Shown piece after piece: positions 1 through 11,737 of a stretch of DNA of 46,324 bases; position 1 is the first letter of the stretch; each line of letters starts with the position of its first letter. A program made the position numbers and the translations under genes. The notes beneath the pieces are model-generated. The model was given only the letters and a program-made list of their open reading frames with translations. It was not told the origin of the DNA and did not search any database. The stretch is from Hydrurus foetidus (Eukaryota): the NCBI GenBank assembly GCA_900617105.1, contig UYFQ01000364.1, positions 1-46,324 of the forward strand. The letters run 5' to 3'.

Positions 1-263
1 GAGTTAGTCTATAGACTTCTTTTCGTCGACGTTGAGCAACGTCTTTGACCTTAACGGGCACCCAGATTTTCTACCACTCTAAATTTGGCTTTCACGCCAT
101 AGAACTTTTCAGTTCAAGAGTTGGGTAGAATTGCTTCATTCGTTGTTACTGACGTTACAGTACCCGTTTGTGAACGAGGCGAAGCTCTTGAAAAATTTTT
201 CTGAGCAGGGGTTATCGATCTCCATTGACTTTCAGTGAGATTTACATCGATAAGTGATTAGAC

Positions 264-3200
264 ATGTCATCACCACCTAACCCAAACCCTGATCCGAATC
301 CGGACGAAGAGGAGATTGCACGTCTGGCAGCTTTAGCCGCGCTCAACGAGTCGACTATCTCAATGTCGAACTCGCTGTTCCCAGCTTTCCCCTCGACGAT
401 GCAACTCCAGGGTGAGGTGTTCGTCCTCAGGCATAACTTCATTGATGAAGCTGATGCGACTGAGTTCTACGAACAGGCTCAGAGGTACCCGTTGATGAAG
501 CTGACCGATTGCATGCAGAAGCAGGCAATCGAGTTACTTAATTTCAGGATCATGATCGATCCTGAATTTAACATCATCGATAGACGACAACGCCATGATT
601 GGCAGACTAAATTGTCGGTACTTCAGGTAGCCAAACTGATAATAAAGTACTTCTCGCCAAATGGTTTGGGAGAATGTACTCTGGCAGAGAGCTTTAGCCA
701 AGTTCCCTTCCATTATCAGATCGCTAACCACGATCATGAGAATGCCACATTCGTACGTTACAACGAACTTGTGAGCACTTATGAGAGGTCTAAGGGACCA
801 TTATCAGAGACTCAGCATGCTGAGCTCATATTGATATTGGAGAAGCGCCTAGCCAAGGGTAGTCAAATCCAACAGGATTACCTGAAAGCGAAAGCTGCTG
901 ACAATACCCCACCTCATACGTGGTATTCGACTATGCTACGCATTGGTCAGGTTCTTGCCGAGGCTAGGGCAATGATGAACCTCATCAAAAGCTATGGCAA
1001 CCCGGACACGGTGTACTCGTTTCCTGCATCAGCAGTTCCACCAGACGTTGGTAAGAGGGAGACGAGTAGAGCGAGTGCTAAAGCACCCTCACCTACACCA
1101 TCCGCTTCGTCGAGATCAGTCACTGCTACTGTGCGTACTCCTAGCTCGTACGTTCCGACGCAGCACGGACTCTCTGTCCGTGCTTCCACGGAAGTACCGC
1201 TCGTACCGATGTTTCGTCCGTGCCGGTCGTGCGGAGCTACGTCGCACAATTTGGCAGACTGCCCCATCCTGTATTACTCCGACTCCAACACGAATCACCA
1301 AGTTGAGTGGGAGAGTTCTACAGTGGGGATGGCTTGGGCCGCGGTGGGGTACTCTGAATGGCAACTCAACCTCGTCCTTCCGGGATATGAGGAACGAGTT
1401 CAGTTCTACCCCAGAGGTTCTAAACCTTACTTGATGTGTAACGACAACAAGCGCGCCAAGAACAGCCATGGTTCTGGAAACAACTCCAACACCTCGGATG
1501 GTTCAGATCGTTCCAACCAGGGTCAAGGAGGAAACTCCCAGAACCAATCTGGTTATGGTAACCAGGGTAACCAGGGGGGTGGTAGAGGTAAGCAAAGGGG
1601 CCATCAAAACCCCAATGCGAACCAATACCAGGGCCGTGGGTCCGGCGGTAAGGGTAAATACAACCCCCCGCAGGGACACAACCCTCCTCCCAACACTCAG
1701 CCGGGACAACACCAGGGTAAGAACCTTGCCCATGACTGTGTGGCTGCCACATTCGATGATGATGTCTTTAATCTGACTGATGATCATCTCGAAGTGCAGC
1801 CACTTGTACCTATTCGTGAAGAATTCTTACATACCCCTTCCACCCTCGCTTCTCACCACCTTAACGTTACGGTTATTGTGCAGGATAAGGACAGGACAGG
1901 CCCAGCTAGCGAGCTGCGCGCCGCGGGGAAGGCCGTAATGGATACGGCCAACTATTCAGACAATTTTATTTCATATGACATAATTGAAAAATTAAATGCT
2001 ACTCACTTATGTTATCCTGCTCTTAAAGCCATAACTGTTTGCAGCGGTCTCGACGGCCAATGCTATCTAAATAACGAAAATTTCGATTTAAAAATCCTTT
2101 TTCATTCTTACGATGGTGAATGCCATAGCATCAGCCTACCCATGAGGGTCAATCGGAAAACCGACATCGACATTTTATTTAGCCGTGAAACGGTAAATAA
2201 GTATGATTTTTGGACGTTGACTCCGTTTGCATTCGGCATTTCTCCTGAGCTAAGTGCTGAGAATAAGAGAAAGAGCGATGCTCGCAGACGCGAATTCGAA
2301 AGAAAAGAAGCTTTGGATAAACTCGATCCGTTGTTTCAACACAAATATACGCGTCGTATGATAGCGTTGGGTACCGAACCTGATACAGCCGTAGTCGAGT
2401 CTTTAACACCTCACTACGACAAGCTGAAATATCCAGGCGGTAAACCACCCTCTAAAAAGAGAGAAACACACGGATCTTCCGAGTATCCAAACAAGAAGAG
2501 CATATTGCATGGTCAATCTTCTTCGAAGAGCAACGTCTCTTGTGTCCATACAATGTCGACATGTAACGATACTCAGATGGAGATCGAGGGAGTAGCTACC
2601 CAAGATCCCTGTGGTGTTGTAGGTTGTGAGCGACTGAATAGTGTCACTACTATTCTCGCAAAACGTACGGGTGATACACCGCACCTAGGTGGCGACCAGA
2701 TTCCCACCCCTACAAACACTTCTGAGGACTCTGATACCTTAGACTATGTCACTGAGCCTTTATGGCCCAGTGGTGTCGCACTCTCAGTTGACGAGATTGA
2801 CGATGGCAAGATAGATACGTTTGCCCCTTCTTGGCGGAGAAACCTAGTCAAGATGACTTGCCCAAAGGGCCAGAGGATTTCCTCAAAGAGATTACCTTTG
2901 AAGGAGATGAAAGCTTTCAAAGGAAGCTCCGAGAGCTCTGTTCTGAATATTCAGACATCTTCAGTGATCAATTAGCTGAGAAACCAGCGTCACTTAAACC
3001 CTTTGAGATTAACATCCCACTTGAGTTGTGGGAAAAAGACGAAAACCGTACGCCGGTACGTCCCCAGTCATCAACAAAAGAGGTTGCTCTCAAAGAAAAC
3101 CTTGACGAGATGCTTGCATCAGGGGTTATAGAGCGATCAGATGCCGCTTATTACAGTCATCCTGTAATAGTAACTAAGTCACCCGGTAAATTTCGAACCT

Positions 3201-5669
3201 GCATCGATTACCGGCCACTTAATAGGTGTCTTAAGCCGGCCTCATTCCCGTTACCAAATATCAAACACCTCTTTGAGAGGATCGGTAATAAAAAACCGGA
3301 TATTTTTGGTGTGATGGATTTAACCGCTGGTTACCATCAAGCACCGTTACACCCCGCACACCGCATTTTTACGGCATTCATATGCTTTGCGGGGGTATTT
3401 CAGTTTACGAGACTGCCCTTTGGTCCGTGTCGAGCCCCTCTTACTTTCAAGAGCAGATGGTAACGGCGGTCCTCTATGGCCTTATCTATCATTGTTGCGA
3501 GATGTATCTCGACGATTGTATAGTATATGGCAAGGGTGAAGCAGAGTTTCTTACTAACTTGAAAAAAGTTTTTGCAAGATTTAGACTTAAGGGTCTAAGA
3601 CTCAAAGCTAAAAAATGCCGTTTCGGCCTTCCACGTATTGAATACGTTGGCAGAGTCGTTGACAAAGATGGTTTATCCATGTCAAAAGAGAAGATAGAAA
3701 CAGTTTTAAACTTTTCTATACCTAAAAATTTAACCTTACTCAGGTCATTTTGGGTTTAGCGAACTATTTTCGACAGTTTGTACCAATGCATTCCACTTTG
3801 GTTAAGCCAATGCAGGATATGATTTGGACTCAAAAGAGCACCAACTCATTTGTTGACACAAAGATTGCTATATCTCGTTGTCCATTAATGTACTTCATTG
3901 ATGACAATAAGTTAGACATCCGCTTGTATACAGACGCATCCGACTTTGGTATCGGTGGAGTCTTATTCCAAGTTGTTGGTGCCATTTGGCAACCAATTGC
4001 TTTCATTAGCAAATCGTTGACACCCACACAAATAAGGTGGTCTACGATACAAAAAGAGGCTTATGCCATCTTCTTTTGTTGTACACAACTCGATTATCTA
4101 ATCAGAGATCGTACGTTCACTATCCATACGGATCATTTGAACATAACATATATGAAACAAAATCCTACCTCAATGGTGGCGAGATGGTTCATTGCTATGC
4201 AAGAACTAGATTTTACCGTGGTATTCGTACCCGGTACTTCGAATGTTTTGGCAGACGCACTGTCAAGGCTTTGTCCTAATCTGACAGAAATTGCTCTGCC
4301 ATTACGAACAGAAGAATTGGAATTACTTCCTACTTCATCATCTTCTTTCACTGTATCAGCTCTGACGGTCATAGAACCAGCTTCAGACGATCAGTTAGAA
4401 TACATTCAAATGTGCCACAATGCAATTGTCGGTCACAACGGCGTAGACCGTACCCTTACTCGGTTGTTTAGTTTACAACAAGTATGGAAACACATGAAAC
4501 AACATGTACGTACGTTCATACAGAACTGTCCGTGTTGTCAAAAGTTGAGCGCAAAAGATCCTAAGATCAATGCGTCTCATTTTGCAACTTCAAATTATGC
4601 TATCTTCGATACGCTAAATGTTGACTATATTGGTCCATTTCCTGACAAAGGTTATATCCTAGTCATCATCGATACATTCACACGATGGACAGAATTGTTC
4701 TGGTGTGCAGACGCAGATGCTAAATCAGCAGCTGACTGTTTGCTTGCGCATTTTGGTCGATTTGGATCACCAAATATGATTAGATCTGATCGAGGATCAC
4801 ATTTCGCAAATGAATTGATCAAAGAATTCTTAGATCTTTGTGGGACACCACATAATCTCACCCTTGCTTACTCGAAACAAGAGAATGCAATTGTTGAAAG
4901 AGTCAACAAAGAGGTGAATAGACACTTAAGAGGTTTAGTTTTTGATAAACAAACCCTTGAGGGATATGCTAAGTCAATCCCATTCGTGCAACGTATCATT
5001 AACGGTTCAGTTAATAGACGCACAGGTGTCTGCCCCGCTCATTTATTGTTCGGAAACAAACTTGATTTGAATCGTGGTATTCTCACTCCACACTTAAGTG
5101 TTGGAACACATTCAAGATCAACGTACATATCAGATTTGATAAGTGTACAAGACAAAGTACTTGAAACTGCGGTTCAAACTTTGTTAAAAGCGGATGCTAA
5201 AAATGCCGCGTCAGCTGAATCAGCGACTGTGTTCCCCGTGGGGTCATATGTCTTATGCCGATACACTGATCGACCTCCAACTCGATTACATACTAAGTGG
5301 CATGGCCCTTACTGTATTGTCTCCTTTAAGGGGTCCGAGTATGTTATCGCTAACCTTGTTAACCACAAGACACGAAGTGTTCACGTCAAGAATTTGAAAA
5401 TATTCAATTATGACCCAGAGGTAGATATACCTGCTGACACTGCTCGTCGCGATTACATGGAGTTCGTGGTTGAGAAAGTTCTGGGTCACGCTGGTGACAC
5501 CAAGAAACCGACTACAATGTCGTTCCATGTTAAATGGCTCAACTACGATGACTCTCATAATACATGGGAGCCGTGGAAATCACTACGGCTCTGTGAAGCA
5601 CTCCATGATTATTTACGGGATAATAAAATGAAACATTTCATTCCCAGAAACATTGAGACATCAGCCTAA
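264..5669 (+). CDS. Gypsy gag-pol polyprotein, broken into four ORFs (264-2975, 2831-3463, 3382-3759, 3750-5669) by three frameshifts
   Basis: CCHC knuckle CRSCGATSHNLADC; protease-like AVMDTA; RT motifs RTCIDYRPLN, MDLTAGYHQ, LPFG, YLDD; RNase H YTDASDFGIG, EAYAI, HTDH, LADALSR; integrase H..GH..C..C, DYIGP, SDRGSHF, ENAIVER; C-terminal chromodomain FVVEKVLGH...VKWLNY..SHNTWEP. Confidence 0.93.
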
Positions 5670-6017
5670 GTTGCTGATCTCGAACGTATTATCTTTTGAA
5701 GATTTTTCCTAATTTTTTCCTCTATGAGGTTTTTATGGTTTTAGTCAGTAAAAATCTGACATAATTACGTATCGAGGTCTCGTGCGCAAGTACATGGTAC
5801 TAGGCACCCACCTTATCGCCTTGACCGACCCACCACCCAGTCTATTTGTATAGATTTTTATTTTTTTTTTTACATTTCAATGTATTATTAGATTTACATA
5901 TTTGTAATCTTTTTCCTTATTTTTCCTTTAGTTAGTTTTAGTTGTATTAGACTTTTGTACAAGACGTGGTGGTCGCGTCATAGGTTCTTTTTCTTCAGAA
6001 AAAAAGATAAGTGGGGG

Positions 6018-6309
6018 TGATGTGGTCGGACCGGCTATACCGGGCCTACGGGCCGTACCGGACCTTGTCCCGATCCATCCGATCCTACCGCCTACTGTAC
6101 ACATACATCTCTAGCGCAGCTGCTAGCTAGCTCTAGCCTACTCATAGAAGTTATCCTAGCTTCTAGTTCGTAGCCTTGTAACTAACTAACACCTTTCCTC
6201 TATCGACCTACTTCCTATCTGGACTACAACTTCTATTATCATATGCCTTATTGCTTTTGGATTAAGTAATTCGTAAGGCATTGATCGAACTCCGTTCGTC
6301 ATCACGTCA
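6018..6309 (+). repeat. 3' LTR of the Gypsy element (start 6018 or 6021, end 6304-6309)
   Basis: Follows the PPT; TGATG (6018) and CATCA (6300-6304) are inverted termini; the hAT-like coding frame lies immediately beyond. The partner LTR is not in the window, so the boundaries are approximate. Confidence 0.7.
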
Positions 6310-7595
6310 AATGTAGTTCTAATGTTTGGATGGGTGCAGAAGTCAATGGGGATAAAGTGAAATATGACGCAGTTCATAACCCAAGTCAGCGACTTCACTC
6401 TATTTTTATTTTTATTAAATTCGGGACTTTGTACGATGCTCTGTACGTGACCTGTGTAATAAAGGAAAAATTGTGGCCAAGGTTAGTATTCAATTGCGAT
6501 AGTAAAGTCGCTACAAAAACGGGAAAAAAATTTCGAAAAAAAAAATTTCGAAAAAAAAAATTTTTGAAAAAAACTGAAAATTTTAAAAATTGGTGAAAAT
6601 CGAAGAGAACGGCTGCTAAATTCTGTTTGAGTTGAAAGCATATTATATTTCATTTTTTAAAGCATTCCCATGCATTTTTTACCTCATGAATGAAGCGATA
6701 AGTAAATAAGAAATAAGTGAGAGGTGAGGTTTGAGTGACTTAGTCGGTGCGGTAGAATTTTTAGCGACTGAGTCGGTACGGTAGAGATTTAAGCGACTGA
6801 GTCACTAAGGTGCGCATGCAAAAGCATTGGGGCAGTGGGTGAGTGTGGGGGATTTTGTGTGTGAGTAAGGAAGGACAGAAGTGGATGAGTGAGTGAAATT
6901 TATGCATCGTATGTCTGTGGTCACCTATGAGAGCAGTACGCTTTTCTTCAACCAAGACTGACTTCTGTGCTCGAATACCATGCCTCGTAGCAAGATGATC
7001 AGCTGCACCCGATGTCCCTCCATTAGACATTTTGAACTTGTTTGCTGCCCTTCTGCAAGTGATGTGGGCCATGCAGTAAAAATATCGAATCGGAGCCATA
7101 TTTGCCATACTGCGCTCAACCACGACTCCATATCCATATATAACCGAGCATTTGATGATTGGTGTTGCGATTCTGCCACGATTTGAAAGGTAGAACTAAA
7201 TTAAATTCATTGACGGACTCTTAAAATGTTCGAATACGACTGTGCTCTCACCTGACCCAACCCTCTGGCGGAACAAAGTTGGCTGACCCTGCGGCAATCA
7301 CTTCGTCTGAATCACAGCGTGCACTCTCACTCCTAAATATGCTGGCTGTGTTTACTAATGGGGCGATTATAACGACCTCGTCAGCTTCCTCCTGATCCAT
7401 CGCTACGGCTGCGTTGTTGTCGACTATGCCTCGATTCAACCCCATTTCCTCGTGCTCATTAATCTCAAACTGCTCATTGTCGTCTCCTTCAATTATCTCT
7501 TCGTTAACAGGTGAATTTGGATAATCATCTAGGCCATAATTGTCAGCGACAAGGACTTCCACGGGTGTGCCTCCAATAGGAATTGCTGTGTCCAT
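6310..7595 (-). pseudogene. 5' part of a hAT-like transposase gene with BED zinc finger; predicted exons 7595-7257, 7195-6925, 6451-~6310; truncated by the Gypsy insertion
   Basis: GT-AG joins keep the frame: ...PPEGW|FYLSNRG...SVIYGYGVVVERS...YFYCMAHITC...NGGTSGAADHLATRHGI (BED-like C2H2)...TALIG|HVQSIVQ...VIFHFIPIDFCTHPNIR (resembles the hAT 'RPFSIVEDPGFR' block). The intron 2 acceptor has a CTAAC branch point and pyrimidine tract. The intron 1 donor (GTCAGG) is the weaker call. Confidence 0.65.
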
Positions 7596-8200
7596 GATTA
7601 AATCAACTATCTGGCCTCAAAAATCTCGGGGGAAACGGCGCGTCAGAAGCCTTCAATAAATGGCTCTTCTGACTTGAGCAGGTGAATTGGTGATGCAATT
7701 CTGCATTATGTACTCTCGATACAGAGCGATGCGACTGGAGCTCATGATGATGTACTGTACAGTGTCGTCGTTTGAAATCCCACGTCGACGTCGGCATCGA
7801 AGAAATTGTGTGGAAGCAGGATACAAACGCACTTCAAGGGGGTCCTACGAAAATTCAAGGGGGGTCTCGTTCGAAAGATGAACGAAAGATGAACGAACGA
7901 TGAAAGAAATAATTCAAAGTACGTTCATGAACGTACTTCTCGAAAAAAAATCCTACCGTTCGTCGTTCATGAGGCCACAATTCACGGTAACTGTAAATCC
8001 TTCACCATATAATTTATGGTAAGGATTTTACAGGAAATCGATGTTTCACGGGCCAATTTTTCCCTTAAATTATAGAGAATCCCTAAAGATACTCCATAAG
8101 ATGAGTGGTTTTATGGAAAGATTTTCGACCTCTCCTTATGATTTTGAAAATCACTTTGTCAGAGCTCTCGTCGCCACAAGCTGTATCATAACTATCCAGA

Positions 8201-9166
8201 ATGGCCGATACGTCAACATCGGAGCCCGCAGTAACGGCGAAAAGGAAAGGAAGAGCAACCAAGCAAAATGCTGAAGCATACTGCCTCGTTTTATCTTTGG
8301 CTTGGAATGACATTGTTGTCAACGGGGGTAAAATGTCGGCGAAGCAGCAAGAAGAATTGATTAAAGTTAAGGCGGCTGAATGGCTCCCAGAGCTTGCAAC
8401 ATCTTACGCGCATACTCTAAAAGTTAGTGCCGATCCAGCGGCTATACAATCAGAAATTGATAATGACAGCGGGGAGCAAATGATACGAAAGGCAAAAGGT
8501 GTTGTTCACTACATCAACAATATTCTAAATCTCCACTGGAAAGACCCGACAACCTTCGCCTCTGGAAATCAGTTGTCCGACGCGCTCCTCTTCTGCCGAA
8601 AAGCGGCGTGGGCACAGAACGAAACTGAAAGGCTAAAGATCAAACAGAAGGATAAGGATAAGACGGCGGCTGCGGAAATGGTGCATAGAGTGTTCGATAT
8701 GGAATGGACTTTCAAGGAGTATCCTTGCTTCAGATATCTAGGATTACCTGCGGGAGCTAAGGGTTGCCTTGGAATATTTCGCACGCCACTCTCTGGGTCT
8801 GGTCCTAGTCAACTTTCGACTTCTGAGATCCGCAATCAAATGATCGAGACAGGCAGCCGAGGCCAACGAAGATTGTGCGGGTTGAAGACCGCCGCCATCA
8901 AGGACGAAGATACTGCGAAAGCGGGTGACATTGACGATGCTGAGATTTCTTTTTTGAAGGATGGAGTCATGGCACAACAGGAAATGACGAATCAAGTTGC
9001 TTGGAACAATGAGATGAAGCGACTGCAGACAGTTCTGGAGTTAGCTCAATCACTTGATTTACCAGCGGAGAAGATCAAAGAGCACAAAATGGCTCTGTAC
9101 AATTTCGCCAGTTTGCCTTGTCCAAAAAGCAGTCTGAAACTCTCGGACGTTTCGCGCAAAGCCTAG
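8201..9166 (+). CDS. Harbinger accessory protein (probable Myb/SANT-like DNA-binding partner)
   Basis: 321-aa ORF inside the TIRs, convergent with the transposase as is typical for Harbinger; basic N-terminus (KRKGR), AW and SG..D motifs. The domain assignment is by position and is inference. Confidence 0.7.
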   Translation: MADTSTSEPAVTAKRKGRATKQNAEAYCLVLSLAWNDIVVNGGKMSAKQQEELIKVKAAEWLPELATSYAHTLKVSADPAAIQSEIDNDSGEQMIRKAKGVVHYINNILNLHWKDPTTFASGNQLSDALLFCRKAAWAQNETERLKIKQKDKDKTAAAEMVHRVFDMEWTFKEYPCFRYLGLPAGAKGCLGIFRTPLSGSGPSQLSTSEIRNQMIETGSRGQRRLCGLKTAAIKDEDTAKAGDIDDAEISFLKDGVMAQQEMTNQVAWNNEMKRLQTVLELAQSLDLPAEKIKEHKMALYNFASLPCPKSSLKLSDVSRKA

Positions 9167-9581
9167 AAACTCGAGGGGCGATCCACTCCAGCATCAGCGA
9201 GGATGGAAAGTCTAGAGACTCCGTTGATCATCTATCAAAATAATGACTCTGCCTTGGATATTGATCAGCCGCATTTCGATAACCTTGCTTCATCACCGAA
9301 GGTATGTGTGATGTCGAATGATATCCATGTACCTTTCATGTGTACAACACTTTTCATTTTTTTCCGCGTTACGGAAATACATGAAAAGTACATTTTTTTC
9401 TAACGCACTTTAATTTCTGATACCCTCCCTGTCAATTAGAACAATGAAGACGACTACGTCGAGGACAGCATCAACGAATTTTGTTAGGTGAATTAAATCG
9501 AAAGCTAACTAAAATATTTCTTCATTTATTAACATAGAATAGAGAGCAGTAGGCATTGAGTGCGATTAAATCAAAATTAAA

Positions 9582-11054
9582 CTAATTACTTCCTTTCACA
9601 TAACAAGCTTTATTTTCTTCCGTAAAACATTTGGGCCATTTAACTAGGCCAGCTTCATAAGCATGCGCAAAGTGATCTATCAAATTGCGTCTTTTGGTCT
9701 CGAAGTCGTAGTCAACTTCAACTTCCACTTCGTTTCCGATGGCCTCATTTTCTGCTGGAGTAAGTTCAATTGCACTTGACCACTGATTGACCCTATCTAG
9801 CAGACGTCTTTCTTGGACGGTAGGCACTTCACCGTCAAGATCAAATCCTTCATCAGAGTTATCCGGCTGCGGGTTCATTTGATCCCAATCTACATCCTCC
9901 TCCCACCTTTTATCTAGGCCATCGAATTCTAATATCAAGTTGTGCAGGATACAACAAGTAAAGAAAGCGAGATCAATAGATGACTGACTTTGTAGCACAA
10001 TACCGTTTCTTACAAAGCGCCATCTGCCTTTCAATATCCCGAATGTGCATTCCACATCCTTCCTTGTTGACTCAACCCATTCTGACCATAACCTATCAGT
10101 CCTTGATATCGTATGTTTTATAGGATTGATCATACAACTCCAACGATGGTACCCGCCATCACATAGATAATAGACTCCTTTGACGGTTGTTAGAACACCT
10201 TTTATGAATATTTTATAATCCACATCTTCGTGTACCTTTTTGTTCCTTACATCTGTGATGTAAGCATCATGTCGAACAATTGTTTTATCATTACGAGCTC
10301 CATAAAAGCTGCCTGTCGATCCGAGTATGCGTCTGTGATGATCGACAGTACAGGAATAGGCTAGTGATGGGTAGCCCTCCTTACCAGAACAAACTTGATT
10401 CAAGTTGACAGGACATCTGTCCCACTTTAGATGCACGCAGTCTGTCGAGCCAATGCATCCAGGAAGACCCATTTTACTAATCACCTCCATCATTTTCTTC
10501 AACTTTTGATCTTTTGGTCTGTAAACATAAGCATCGTAGTAGTGCGTCACGAAATTCTCACAGAACAAATGAAAAGCTCTTCTTGCCGTAGTTTCTCCCA
10601 TTAGTGTGGCCTCAGCAATGTCATCGAAGTTCCAATTACGTCCCAGTATTCGAAGCACGGACAGCATTTTGATCTCAACTGGGCAAATTAACCGATTAGC
10701 GATGTCAAATTCCAGAGCTGAATTCTTTCCGAACAATTTTGTCTCGAGACACATATGAACCAATTTGCAGTACACTTGATATGGCACTCTAAATCTCCGT
10801 CTGAAGAGTTTCCCATTCCTCGATGAAATACACGGGCCACCTTCAATGCTGGCCAAACGTTTCACAAGTTGCCCCCACGGTGACTGCCAGTAATTTGGAT
10901 TCTTGTCTCTCGGAAGCTCAGGTTTTGTACGCTGTCGGAAAGTTTTACGTTTAGCGTTGGCTACTTTTCTTTGTCGTCGTCGTTGAAGAGCCTTCATCAT
11001 GCACCTGTGAAGGAGCTGAAATCTCTCGTTGATGTCACTGACACTGTAGATCAT
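9582..11054 (-). CDS. PIF/Harbinger DDE transposase (Plant_tran/HARBI1-like), intact
   Basis: Motifs FRRRFRVP, GLPGCIGSTDCVH, GARNDKTI, YYLCDGGY, RKDVECTFGILKGRW, CCILHN. Confidence 0.95.
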   Translation of the reverse strand: MIYSVSDINERFQLLHRCMMKALQRRRQRKVANAKRKTFRQRTKPELPRDKNPNYWQSPWGQLVKRLASIEGGPCISSRNGKLFRRRFRVPYQVYCKLVHMCLETKLFGKNSALEFDIANRLICPVEIKMLSVLRILGRNWNFDDIAEATLMGETTARRAFHLFCENFVTHYYDAYVYRPKDQKLKKMMEVISKMGLPGCIGSTDCVHLKWDRCPVNLNQVCSGKEGYPSLAYSCTVDHHRRILGSTGSFYGARNDKTIVRHDAYITDVRNKKVHEDVDYKIFIKGVLTTVKGVYYLCDGGYHRWSCMINPIKHTISRTDRLWSEWVESTRKDVECTFGILKGRWRFVRNGIVLQSQSSIDLAFFTCCILHNLILEFDGLDKRWEEDVDWDQMNPQPDNSDEGFDLDGEVPTVQERRLLDRVNQWSSAIELTPAENEAIGNEVEVEVDYDFETKRRNLIDHFAHAYEAGLVKWPKCFTEENKACYVKGSN

Positions 11055-11737
11055 CTTGGAATCCGAAAAACTTCGATTAGATATTTAATGCTCTTGCTGA
11101 AAACTTAGAAGAGCATATCGAATCAGAAACGCAGAGATATTTTTTTTCGAAATTATTGAATTTCGAATCATAGCGCGGAGTTTTTAGGGTAAAAACCGTG
11201 GAATGACTCCGAATTTGTTTTCTGGGAATCCTTACCCTAAGTTTTACGGGAACCTATTTTAGCGCTGCCGTGAATTGTGGCCTGAACAAGTTCGTTCAAG
11301 TTTCGTTCATGATTCGTTCGTTCATGAACGATTTTTACAGTTTTCGTTTCTACCGTTCATGATGAATCGAACGAATGAAAAAAACCGTCTTTTGTCGTTC
11401 ATGTTCATCGTTCGTTCATGTTTGGACGAACGAATGTTCGTTCGTCCGAGCTGTGGAAAATTTGAGTGGGGATGGGTCTCGAAACCGCCCCCTCTCCTTC
11501 TATACCCCCTTGGTATCACTCTCAACTCTCAACGGTATTTTGAAACTGCTGTATGATGTATGTACTACTTGCTTCCTACTTCCTACCTATAAATGGATGA
11601 GATAAGACTTTGTGAGATTATATCATACTATATGTTGGATCATGTCGTAAAGGAATGCGAAAATATGAGATGCGTCCAAATAAATGAGTTTTCTACCTTC
11701 AGCATCTGTCTCTATTAAAGAATGTGTTTGACTCACG

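Larger units (their letters stand above)
1..6309 (+). mobile_element. Ty3/Gypsy LTR retrotransposon (chromovirus-like); 5' LTR and PBS lie upstream of the window
   Basis: Gag-PR-RT-RNaseH-IN-chromodomain order; PPT AAGTGGGGG at ~6009-6017 followed by an LTR-like segment; interrupts exon 3 of the minus-strand hAT-like gene at ~6305-6310. Confidence 0.95.
7973..11282. mobile_element. Complete PIF/Harbinger DNA transposon (3310 bp) with two convergent genes
   Basis: Perfect 15-bp TIRs GGCCACAATTCACGG (7973-7987) and CCGTGAATTGTGGCC (11268-11282); 3-bp TSD TGA at 7970-7972 and 11283-11285; encodes a transposase and an accessory ORF. Confidence 0.95.
7868..11453 (-). repeat. Subterminal ATGAACGA/TTCGTTCAT repeat array and probable terminus (CAGCTCGG... 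on the minus strand, ending at 11453) of the hAT-like element, split by the Harbinger insertion
   Basis: The same short motif recurs in both orientations at 7868-7969 and 11286-11447 on either side of the Harbinger TSDs; hairpin GGACGAACGAA-TG-TTCGTTCGTCC at 11424-11447; the array lies upstream of the BED-finger gene. Confidence 0.55.

Noticed and set aside
2820..2835. Programmed gag/pol ribosomal frameshift
   Set aside because: The break falls after the protease region, lacks a clear slippery heptamer, and resembles the two other homopolymer deletions inside RT.
11424..11456. Terminal hairpin suggesting a Helitron 3' end
   Set aside because: Not followed by CTRR and no Rep/helicase sequence; the hairpin is made of the same subterminal motif as the surrounding array.
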